From: a virus
Lineage: Duplodnaviria > Caudoviricetes
Virus record (IMG/VR): IMGVR_UViG_3300025000_000135
Coordinates: 1 to 52,517 of that record
DNA: 52,517 bases
Strand: one strand, 5' to 3'
Below, in pieces: positions 27,653 to 36,024 of the stretch. How positions within the stretch are numbered: the stretch's first letter is position 1; every line of letters begins with the position of its first letter. Below the pieces are notes generated by a model that did no database searches, was not told the DNA's origin, and worked only from the letters and a program-made list of their open reading frames with translations. The position numbers and the translations under genes are program-made.

Positions 27653-27952
27653 TTAGAGTTCATCTCGGATGAATGATATATAATCAGAGATATTGCATTC
27701 ATCACATAAATCAACATAAATTTCTTGAACTTTTTCGCATTCAATTATTTCTTCACACTCATTGCATTCTACAATGCCAGAACACTCATAATCAATGACT
27801 TTTCCTTTGTTTGGACAGTAGAAATTACAGAATTGTTCTTTAAGAGATAATAATTTATCTTCCATACTTATCTTTCTAATATTCACAGGAGGTTTATCCC
27901 ATTTTGGCTCTGGTATATTATGTATCATATCAATCCTCCTTAATAAATTCAA
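27653..27952 (-). CDS. Cys-rich hypothetical protein
   Basis: aaggagg RBS before MIHNIP. Confidence 0.6.
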   Translation of the reverse strand: MNLLRRIDMIHNIPEPKWDKPPVNIRKISMEDKLLSLKEQFCNFYCPNKGKVIDYECSGIVECNECEEIIECEKVQEIYVDLCDECNISDYISFIRDEL

Positions 27953-28286
27953 TAATATCCATTAATGCGTATGTTCTTGAAGCGTCTTTTTCTACATCCC
28001 AAACTTCTAACAACCATTGATTTTCTGGATGAAATTGTGTGTTCCCATAATAGATATTTTGAGGAATAATATTTCTGATTGAAGTAATTCCTTTATAGTT
28101 TTTATATTTGACTTTAATTGAAGTAGTTGGAATATAATGAGGACATGAATCTTTATGATTTAATAAGCATCCTTCACCAAAAGGTTCTTTCCAATCAGGT
28201 GAATAACAAACTCCACTGTCGAAATGTATACATGGTTTCATTTTTGATGTCATCTCCTTTCTAAAATCCTTCTTCAATTCTTCCAC
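27930..28286 (-). CDS. stand-alone WYL-like domain protein
   Basis: I.VKYKNYKG.TS.R.I.P..IYY......QWLL..WD.EK.A.RTYAL..I. Confidence 0.7.
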   Translation of the reverse strand: MEELKKDFRKEMTSKMKPCIHFDSGVCYSPDWKEPFGEGCLLNHKDSCPHYIPTTSIKVKYKNYKGITSIRNIIPQNIYYGNTQFHPENQWLLEVWDVEKDASRTYALMDIIEFIKED

Positions 28287-28560
28287 AAAAAATCATTTCA
28301 ACTACTTTTATGCCTAGCTTCAATCCTTCAATATAACCTAATTCATTGGCAGATAGCTCTTCATCTTTTCTTTCTTGCTGAATAAGGTCAATTGACTGAT
28401 TTACAAAAGATTTATATTCCTCTATATCTGATTTATAAAACTCAAGTGCTTCATCAAATGTAAATAAGTTAACATCAAATTCTTCTTCAATTGGTTCCAA
28501 TGCTTTGATTAATTCTTTATCCATCATAATATTTATCTCCTTTCGCCAATTAAAATTCAA
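28261..28560 (-). CDS. hypothetical protein
   Basis: aaaggag RBS before MMDKEL. Confidence 0.6.
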   Translation of the reverse strand: MNFNWRKEINIMMDKELIKALEPIEEEFDVNLFTFDEALEFYKSDIEEYKSFVNQSIDLIQQERKDEELSANELGYIEGLKLGIKVVEMIFCGRIEEGF

Positions 28561-28659
28561 GTTTTAATGGAAATATTTGTTTTAGAACCCTTATGTGAGT
28601 AGGGTTTCAGGGTTGGGATAAAATGTAATTTAGCACTTTATCCCATATTTTTGTAAACT

Positions 28660-29115
28660 TTAAGTGTTTGTACTTCCTATTCCACCAATTCTTTCATTAT
28701 CTGTATTACCATTATCTGCTTCAAGAAATGGTAAGAAAATTCCTTGAGCAATACGCTCTCCTGCTTTCAAAGTAACAGTTGTGTCTGAATAGTTATATAA
28801 ACAAATACCAATGTTTCCATCATTGTCTGAATTAGAATAGTAATCTTGATCCACAACTCCGATAACGTTTCCTAACATTAATTTTTTCTTAATACCAATA
28901 GAACTTCTAACATCAAGAATTAAAACTTCTCCAAATTGCATATAACTTTTTACATCAGTCCAAACTAATACAGTTTCTTTAGGATAAATAGTTAAATCAA
29001 TAGGTGTAGAAAAATCATATCCTGCTGATGTTTTTGTACCTCTTTGTGGGAGAATAGTAGGAACAGTTTGTTTTTTGAAGTTATCTGATACTGATTCAAA
29101 ACCTCTAATTTTCAT
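28660..29115 (-). CDS. dut: trimeric dUTPase
   Basis: motifs SAGYDF, RSS, GVVDQDY, GERIAQG, RIGGIGST. Confidence 0.93.
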   Translation of the reverse strand: MKIRGFESVSDNFKKQTVPTILPQRGTKTSAGYDFSTPIDLTIYPKETVLVWTDVKSYMQFGEVLILDVRSSIGIKKKLMLGNVIGVVDQDYYSNSDNDGNIGICLYNYSDTTVTLKAGERIAQGIFLPFLEADNGNTDNERIGGIGSTNT

Positions 29116-29919
29116 TTATATTACCTCACTTTTCATATTTGATTTCGTATGTACCGTATATATGTCATTTTTTCTTTCTATAATTTTACCAAAATATTTT
29201 ATTTCACCTAATACCCTTGCGTCCACAGCATCTTCAAAGTTTTGATAATATCCTAAATGAATTTGTTTTCTATCAATTTTTATATATACTCTATATTTAT
29301 TTCTCTTTTTATTCCAACTTACACCAACGTAACCAGATGTATTATTGGATTGAATACCTTTATTTATTGAATTCTCCTGTCGAGTAACAATATGCAAATT
29401 ATTTTTTCTGCAATCTAACCTATTTCTTGTTTTGTGGTCTGCAACTTCTATTAAGTGATTAGTAGAATCAACACCTAAAACAAAATTATGCAAAAATCCA
29501 TATTTACTATAAACATAATTATAATATGATAAACCCCAATAAATATTTTGCACTTTTTCTACATCTTCTATATCAATTAAGGCTCTTGCAATTTCCTCAC
29601 AATCCTCATTTCTCAATATTATCTCAGCATAATCTCGATATGTCACTATATCGTTTTTATCTAAATAAGTTCTAGAAATTTTACCATTTAATCTTAATTG
29701 CATATAATGCCTACCACAGTATGGAACACCATTTTGACTGTTCATGTTTTTATTTTCTCCACATATTACGCATGGTTGTTTTTTCAAGGATACTTTGTCA
29801 GGTTGAATTTCGCCATGCACACATAATTGTAAATAATGTCTATTGCATATCATTTTATTGTATTTTTTGCTATAGAATACATATTTATTACTACCACAAA
29901 TTTCACAGATATTTTCTAT
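29116..29919 (-). CDS. HNH-AP2 homing endonuclease (probable ATA start at 29919; track start 29853)
   Basis: LHNFVL...DH..RNRLDCRKNNL...N..N, NNTSGYVGVSW...IHLGYY..FEDA..AR; repeated CxxC...C.RHY.Q. Confidence 0.85.
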   Translation of the reverse strand: MENICEICGSNKYVFYSKKYNKMICNRHYLQLCVHGEIQPDKVSLKKQPCVICGENKNMNSQNGVPYCGRHYMQLRLNGKISRTYLDKNDIVTYRDYAEIILRNEDCEEIARALIDIEDVEKVQNIYWGLSYYNYVYSKYGFLHNFVLGVDSTNHLIEVADHKTRNRLDCRKNNLHIVTRQENSINKGIQSNNTSGYVGVSWNKKRNKYRVYIKIDRKQIHLGYYQNFEDAVDARVLGEIKYFGKIIERKNDIYTVHTKSNMKSEVI

Positions 29920-29952
29920 ACTTTATCACTCTCCATAACTTATATATTATTT

Positions 29953-32661
29953 TTATCTTACAGGACATACCCCTGAACTACATCCATCATTACCAATATC
30001 AAATTCAGTTTCAACTAACTCATATTTACTAATTAACGAAGGAATAAATGGTTTCATTTCAGAAACTCTTTTATTATATTCCTCTTCTGTAATAGCTTCG
30101 TATGGCATTAATTGATAAAATGAATCAGATAAAGATAGAAAACTTACAGCTACAACGTCATCCCAATTACTATACATCCATTCCTCTACTGCTCCCCATT
30201 CATCGTCACGAACCGTAACTGTAATTGAAGCATTATGATCAACATAGCAATCCATAAACATTTTATAATTTTCAAGTTGCTCAATTGCAGATACATCATA
30301 TTTAGTTCTTCCAATAGGAGATTTTACAGGAAATTCAATAACTTTTGTTGTACATGTTTCCATTTCCTGACCTACTTCTGGAAATATAGGATAATTTAAT
30401 TCTTCACAAACTTTAACTAAAGGATCATGGGCATTAATTCTCACTCTTCTAATAAACCAATCAGATTCAGAATAATGAACTCCTGATGAAACTCCAGGAA
30501 TTTGACTCAATGTGCCTTCTGGCTTTACGGTGGTTATTAATAATGATACTGGGAAACCCAATTCTTCTGCATAAATTTTAATTGTATCATGAGCAACTTC
30601 ACGTAATTTTATTAATAATTCAGATTCTTGATCTTTTGACATGCCTGTAGCATTAACCATATCTTGCCAACCAGTCAAAGAACATCCGGTAAGTCTATCT
30701 CTTTTTTGTACTATGTTCCATTTTGGAAGTTCTAATTCTACGCAAGTCATACGATAACCAGCTTTTGCAGATAATTGTTGTGCTTCCAATAGAGAAACTA
30801 AATCTAATACACTATCAGAAACAAAAGCATATACATTAACTGTCGTTAAATTACACAATCCATTTGCATCCAATAAAATTTCAGCACAATTATGTGCGAC
30901 TACATTTTCTACAATTCCCCAATTAGTAGATGGTTCTGAAAAATCATAAACATTTTGTTTGCCTAATGTTTTAATGGATATTACAGTTGGATTTTTTCCA
31001 TAATATGCTGATAAATTTTTATTTAATGAGTCCATGGCCTTACATTCTTGGCAGTTTTCTAACATTAATACGTGATCAGGAGTACATTTAATAACTTTAT
31101 TGTTGCTTAGTTGTACTTCAACAATATCTTTTTCTCCATTACACCAAACTTTACCATTTGATACATCCCCATTTAAATTAACAATCTGAACTTCTTTATC
31201 ATTTAATTCTTCGAATGTTTTATATCCATCTGAAGTTAATAAATTCATATCACCAGTAAAACAAGGATTAACTCCATTAAAATTTGGTCTGCGTTTATTA
31301 CCTGCAATCTCATTAACGAAAGCGGGTTCCCCTGAATATCGCATTTGTTCAATTTGCCAATGAATTTGATCTCTAGAAGGTTTTTCTTTATAATAGATAG
31401 AATTATTACTCATTTGCCTATGAGATAGTTCTGAATCTATTTCCCATTTTCCACTAGATGATTGTTTATATAAGTTGCTTTTTGCTTTTATACATTCATC
31501 ATCATCTGAATCAATTAAAGCAATCAAACTAGTCCTTCTTACTCCTCCAATCACAACGTTTTCACCAATACTCGCCAACATATCTAAACAATTAATTGGT
31601 CTAAGTTTAATTTTATCTAATCCTTGAATAAGTCCTTCTTTGTTGATAATTTTATTTACTTTAGAAAACATTGATTTTAAACTTTCATACCCAGAAGCCG
31701 TTCCACCAAATGTCTTTAATCTTTCTCCTTTTGGTCGGACGTAATTATAATCAAATACAACAGTTTTAATGTCTGTAAAATCTTTATCCCATAATATTTT
31801 AAAATAATAATCTAATGCTTGACTCCAACCACCCTTGCTATCACCTACAATTATTTTTATCATATTGTTGTTTATAAAAATAATAGATGTGTTGTCCTCG
31901 CGTTTATTTTTATAAACAGGTGTATAATCTTTATGGATTACTTCTATATTTGTTTTTACCTTTGGTAGTTTAGCAACGTCATCTTTAAGAATGCGAAATC
32001 CAAAACCGGAACCAATCATCAGTAAGTAAAAAGCATCTTTAAAAGATTCAAAATTATCAATAACAGAAAAACTACAATTAAAATTGGAAGTAGGGTATTT
32101 TTCTGAAACTAATGTTCCACCTATGTATAATGTTCTACCTGATAAGAATTGCCTAAGATTATAAATATTGTCGTATAATTTTTCTGCTTCTTCTTTACTT
32201 GTTGGTACTAAACTACAATTATATTCTACTGCTCTTTTTACAGTTTCCCACCAATATTCCCTACGTTGTTCTTCTGGCAAATATCTACTATATGTACGAT
32301 AATAAACAAAACTTCCTAATTGCTTCATTGGAGAAGGTAAATGTTTATATTTGCTCATGAATTCTTCACTAAGAAGTCCTTTTACTTTATTTTTACGAAC
32401 TTTGTCTCTTTGATTACGATAAATAATATATCTTTTTGCCACATCCTTTCTATTGCTTTCCATAAGAATATTTTCTACAAAATCTTGAATATCTTCAACT
32501 GAAAAAATATTTAATCCCATAGACTCAATTTTATTAGCAATATCATGACTTAGTTTTAAATCGACACCATCTTTTGTTTCAAGCATTGCCTTTTCTACTG
32601 CTCGAATAATGCTATTTTTATCAAAATCAACCAATGTGCTATTTCTTTTTTGTACTTTCAA
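29953..32661 (-). CDS. nrdJ: class II (adenosylcobalamin) ribonucleotide reductase with ATP cone and intein
   Basis: VQKR ATP cone, YYRTYSR, FNCS, GGVRR, NP[intein]CAEI, LCNL, TTVKPEGT, HNASIT, C-terminal CSSGVCPVR; no beta subunit gene adjacent. Confidence 0.9.
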   Translation of the reverse strand: MKVQKRNSTLVDFDKNSIIRAVEKAMLETKDGVDLKLSHDIANKIESMGLNIFSVEDIQDFVENILMESNRKDVAKRYIIYRNQRDKVRKNKVKGLLSEEFMSKYKHLPSPMKQLGSFVYYRTYSRYLPEEQRREYWWETVKRAVEYNCSLVPTSKEEAEKLYDNIYNLRQFLSGRTLYIGGTLVSEKYPTSNFNCSFSVIDNFESFKDAFYLLMIGSGFGFRILKDDVAKLPKVKTNIEVIHKDYTPVYKNKREDNTSIIFINNNMIKIIVGDSKGGWSQALDYYFKILWDKDFTDIKTVVFDYNYVRPKGERLKTFGGTASGYESLKSMFSKVNKIINKEGLIQGLDKIKLRPINCLDMLASIGENVVIGGVRRTSLIALIDSDDDECIKAKSNLYKQSSSGKWEIDSELSHRQMSNNSIYYKEKPSRDQIHWQIEQMRYSGEPAFVNEIAGNKRRPNFNGVNPCFTGDMNLLTSDGYKTFEELNDKEVQIVNLNGDVSNGKVWCNGEKDIVEVQLSNNKVIKCTPDHVLMLENCQECKAMDSLNKNLSAYYGKNPTVISIKTLGKQNVYDFSEPSTNWGIVENVVAHNCAEILLDANGLCNLTTVNVYAFVSDSVLDLVSLLEAQQLSAKAGYRMTCVELELPKWNIVQKRDRLTGCSLTGWQDMVNATGMSKDQESELLIKLREVAHDTIKIYAEELGFPVSLLITTVKPEGTLSQIPGVSSGVHYSESDWFIRRVRINAHDPLVKVCEELNYPIFPEVGQEMETCTTKVIEFPVKSPIGRTKYDVSAIEQLENYKMFMDCYVDHNASITVTVRDDEWGAVEEWMYSNWDDVVAVSFLSLSDSFYQLMPYEAITEEEYNKRVSEMKPFIPSLISKYELVETEFDIGNDGCSSGVCPVR
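30889..31263 (-). mobile_element. 125-aa mini-intein in the RNR
   Basis: NP|CFTGD...CTPDH...VYD...VAHN|CAE. Confidence 0.9.
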
Positions 32662-32780
32662 TTATGTATCCTCCAATATTTTTATTTTAGTATTTATAGG
32701 TTAAATAGATTATTCTATAGGAATTACCGAACCATGTAAACCGCCTATAGCTTGATTTTTGATTCCATAAAAATATTAAT

Positions 32781-32990
32781 TTACGCCAAAACATAACTAT
32801 AATAACCACAGTTTTCACATTTAACATTTCTTTGAGGTGGATCTGAGCATAGTATAATCCACATGTCCATCAACAATTCTTTTCCACATTTATCGCAAGC
32901 AATATTGCAATTTCTCCATTGTGGATTTTCTATTTGAAATTGTTTTTGTTTTTCTTGATTATATTCATCAATTGTTTTTATTTTTATCAC
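32781..32990 (-). CDS. small Zn-ribbon protein
   Basis: CDKCG...SDPPQ...CENCG. Confidence 0.65.
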   Translation of the reverse strand: MIKIKTIDEYNQEKQKQFQIENPQWRNCNIACDKCGKELLMDMWIILCSDPPQRNVKCENCGYYSYVLA

Positions 32991-33204
32991 CTCCTGTTTC
33001 TTTTATTTCCTCTGTGATTGTGGGAATTAATTCTAACTGAACCATCTTACTCCTATCTCCATAAAACCATTGCCAATTGTCATCTTTTGAACAAATGTTT
33101 TTGAATTTAATATAAACAGGATTAGAGGAGTTTTTATATAAGAATCTACTACATACCATTGATTGTATGCAATCGGAGTATTCACATAAGCAAAAGTCGA
33201 ACAC
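32968..33204 (-). CDS. small Cys-rich protein
   Basis: CLCE..DC....VCSRF. Confidence 0.55.
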   Translation of the reverse strand: MFDFCLCEYSDCIQSMVCSRFLYKNSSNPVYIKFKNICSKDDNWQWFYGDRSKMVQLELIPTITEEIKETGGDKNKNN

Positions 33205-33207
33205 TGA

Positions 33208-33417
33208 TTAATCTTCAATCCTCTCATTTTTAATTTCTGATTCAAACCACTCTCTGCCTAATGCAATAAATGATTCTCTTTTATAATAACCAATTTCGCC
33301 TGTATCTTGTTCAAAACTATACATGAAGTTAATTTTGTCAGTATAATTTAGTTCATATTCTTCTTTAGATATTTCTAACCACTTTGATTTATCCATTGCA
33401 TCTGTTAGAATTTTCAT
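33208..33417 (-). CDS. hypothetical protein
   Basis: gaggtga RBS. Confidence 0.6.
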   Translation of the reverse strand: MKILTDAMDKSKWLEISKEEYELNYTDKINFMYSFEQDTGEIGYYKRESFIALGREWFESEIKNERIED

Positions 33418-33438
33418 TATGTATTCACCTCTTTTGAT

Positions 33439-33493
33439 TTAGCAAGAATTTGATTAGTGGTTTTAATAAGATATGTGATCAAATTCTTGCTAA
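33439..33493. repeat. 16-bp perfect inverted repeat between two paralogous ORFs
   Basis: ttagcaagaatttgat / atcaaattcttgctaa. Confidence 0.7.
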
Positions 33494-33538
33494 TATTATG
33501 ATAATTATTTTATGATTTGTGTTTAGGAATTATGATTA

Positions 33539-33685
33539 TTAACCAATCTTTTTATAATATGTAGTTGTATTGGTTAAATCACTTTTGCTGAACATGAAAT
33601 TTGCTTTGTCTTGGGAATTGTATTCTTGAGAAGTGCAGGTAGTCCATACTCCGTCTATGCGATTAATTATTTTTGTGGGATTCAT
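33539..33685 (-). CDS. 48-aa protein, paralog of 33208-33417 (not in ORF track)
   Basis: aaaggaggtga RBS; MNPTKIINRIDGVWTTCTSQEYNSQDKANFMFS...YYKKIG*. Confidence 0.65.
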   Translation of the reverse strand: MNPTKIINRIDGVWTTCTSQEYNSQDKANFMFSKSDLTNTTTYYKKIG

Positions 33686-33711
33686 TTTTTTCACCTCCTT
33701 TCTATGTTTGT

Positions 33712-33740
33712 ATTATAGCATTTCTGGGTATGGAAGTCAA
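33712..33740 (-). promoter_or_regulatory. sigmaA promoter
   Basis: TTGACT-N17-TATAAT with extended TGn. Confidence 0.8.
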
Positions 33741-33758
33741 GGAATTTTATTTATTGAT

Positions 33759-36008
33759 TTAAGATAGTAATAATTCTTTAAGATGTGTTTTTCTATCAAA
33801 GTCTGCTTTTTTCTTAATTGCTCTATTAACAGTTTCTATTTCACTAAAATGAAATACTTTTTGTCTTGCTCTTGTTTGAGATACATACAAAAGATTACTA
33901 TTTAGCATGAATGTGTGTGCTTTAGGAGTTATCATTATAACTATTTTGGCTTGCCCTCCTTGGCTCTTCATTATGCTGATGCTATAAGCTAATTTTACAT
34001 TCAATAAATCATTTTTAGTATAAACAACCAATTCATCAAACATTATAATTGCTTTGCCATATTCTATCTTAACAATTTTACCAACTTCTCCATTTGCCAC
34101 AAAAGTTTTATCATCTTCATCTATATAATTCTCATTATATCTTATTGCTTTGTAATTATTTGTAGATTGAATAACTATATCATCTTCATAAAATTTAGTA
34201 TCTCCAATTTGAATATATATGTTTCCTGATAATACATTAGGATTTGCTATGGGTTGTAAGTGTTTATTTATAGCAACCGTTCCATAATCACCTACATTAT
34301 AAGATGATAAAATCATAATATCTTCTTTAGAATTTCCAGATGATAATAGTTTTTTATATAATCCAACTACATTTTTCATTATTTTTTCTTGTAACATAGG
34401 AATAAACATATATCCCTTGTCTTCTCCAAATATTTGCGGACTAAGAGAATCAGTTAAGAATTTCTTACTATTTCTAGTATTAGTTGCTACAGTAAGTACG
34501 CCTCCTTCTCCATATCTAAAAATTTCAGTAAGAGAAACTATAGGAATTAAATTTGAATTGATTAAATCATGGAATACATTACCTGCCCCAACAGAAGGAA
34601 TTTGGTTCGAATCTCCAATCATTAATAATTTAGTTTTAGTGAAGTCAGTTGCCTCTAATAAATGTTTCATTAAGAAAACATCACACATCCCGAATTCATC
34701 CACGATCACTACGTTGTATGGTAATTTTGATTCTTCATTATATCCCCATATGGGAGGTTTATATAATAATCCTCTATGTATTGTAGATGCTGGTTCTTTA
34801 GTAAATTCTGAGATAATTTTACTCGCTCGCCCAGTAGGAGAGAATATAACAAATGATTTATTAGTATCTTTTAACATATCAATTACTGATTTAGTTGTAG
34901 CACTCTTCCCACTCCCGCTAAACCCATTGAGAATACACACATTAGAATTACATACCATGGGTAAAACTTTATGTTGTTGCTCTGTGAGAGTAATATTCCC
35001 ATTATTCTTATATTTTTCAGTATCAATTTCCCACTTATTTTCTACCTTTAAACCTTCTAAAATCCTATTAGCAATATATATTTCAGTTTGGTATGTTTCC
35101 TCCAATGCAACTGTATTTGTTGCTTTACCAAAATGAATATCTTTATCATTCTTAATAATATCAACAAAATGTTCAATACATTTCTTTGCTAAAGACTCAG
35201 ATTGTTTTCTTAGGACTTTAATATCAATTTTTGTATTACCATCGTTCTCATTTTCTTCTAGTAAAAACATGATTGCGGATTTTTGTCTTTGACTAGAAGT
35301 TTGTAAATCAAATGTGAAATCAATAGGTGGGTTTTCTCCTTTTGCTTTTGTTGTAATACAGTCCTTATTAAATTCAAGAAGTATTTTATCGGCAGTTTTG
35401 AAGGCTATCCGTGACAATCCGCATAAACACATGTACGGATTGTCTTGTAGTTTTTCTTTAATCTTATCCACTGAACCATATTTATCATATAATGCTTTTA
35501 ATATTTTGAATTCAATAAATCCTTTAAATTCTGTAACTAACTCTCCTAATACAAAATTCTCAATAATTTTTCTTTTAATAACGTCAAATCTAACTTCGCC
35601 AATATTATATAATTTCTTTAAATCAATATCATCTAAACGATTATTGATAACTCTATCAATAATGTCTGGATATTCACGCATCACTTCATCAACCTGACTA
35701 TTACTATCTAATATGCTTTGTAAAAACAATCTAGTGGATGTCTCTGTTTTAGGCATATCCCTTCCGATATTAATTACTTTATAGGATATTCCATTTTTTC
35801 CCTCCTTTTCTTCTGATTTTATAGAGTATTCTATGCCCGTTTCAAGATCAGGTAAATTGCCTAGAATACTGACATTGCCATATGTGTTTTGTGATATGTG
35901 TGGATATTTAATATTATCCACTTCTAAGGCGTATATTTTATAATCATCTGTATTATAGGGGTTCGCTACTACGACTCCTTTGAATTCATAAATTATTTTA
36001 TTTTTCAA
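33759..36008 (-). CDS. recD2: RecD2-like SF1B helicase
   Basis: NPY.L..L..IAFKTAD, GFSGSGKS, PTGRA, TIHR, VDE, IGDSNQIPSVG, LAYSISIMKSQG. Confidence 0.9.
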   Translation of the reverse strand: MKNKIIYEFKGVVVANPYNTDDYKIYALEVDNIKYPHISQNTYGNVSILGNLPDLETGIEYSIKSEEKEGKNGISYKVINIGRDMPKTETSTRLFLQSILDSNSQVDEVMREYPDIIDRVINNRLDDIDLKKLYNIGEVRFDVIKRKIIENFVLGELVTEFKGFIEFKILKALYDKYGSVDKIKEKLQDNPYMCLCGLSRIAFKTADKILLEFNKDCITTKAKGENPPIDFTFDLQTSSQRQKSAIMFLLEENENDGNTKIDIKVLRKQSESLAKKCIEHFVDIIKNDKDIHFGKATNTVALEETYQTEIYIANRILEGLKVENKWEIDTEKYKNNGNITLTEQQHKVLPMVCNSNVCILNGFSGSGKSATTKSVIDMLKDTNKSFVIFSPTGRASKIISEFTKEPASTIHRGLLYKPPIWGYNEESKLPYNVVIVDEFGMCDVFLMKHLLEATDFTKTKLLMIGDSNQIPSVGAGNVFHDLINSNLIPIVSLTEIFRYGEGGVLTVATNTRNSKKFLTDSLSPQIFGEDKGYMFIPMLQEKIMKNVVGLYKKLLSSGNSKEDIMILSSYNVGDYGTVAINKHLQPIANPNVLSGNIYIQIGDTKFYEDDIVIQSTNNYKAIRYNENYIDEDDKTFVANGEVGKIVKIEYGKAIIMFDELVVYTKNDLLNVKLAYSISIMKSQGGQAKIVIMITPKAHTFMLNSNLLYVSQTRARQKVFHFSEIETVNRAIKKKADFDRKTHLKELLLS

Positions 36009-36024
36009 TTATTTACCCTGCTTT

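Noticed and set aside
32695-32750. Cobalamin riboswitch or NrdR box upstream of nrdJ
   Set aside because: Only a short ctatagg/cctatag stem; too short and no B12-box or NrdR-box match seen.
33592-33615. Another copy of the TAAAA-N6-TTTTA-like motif
   Set aside because: Poor match and inside the 33539-33685 ORF.
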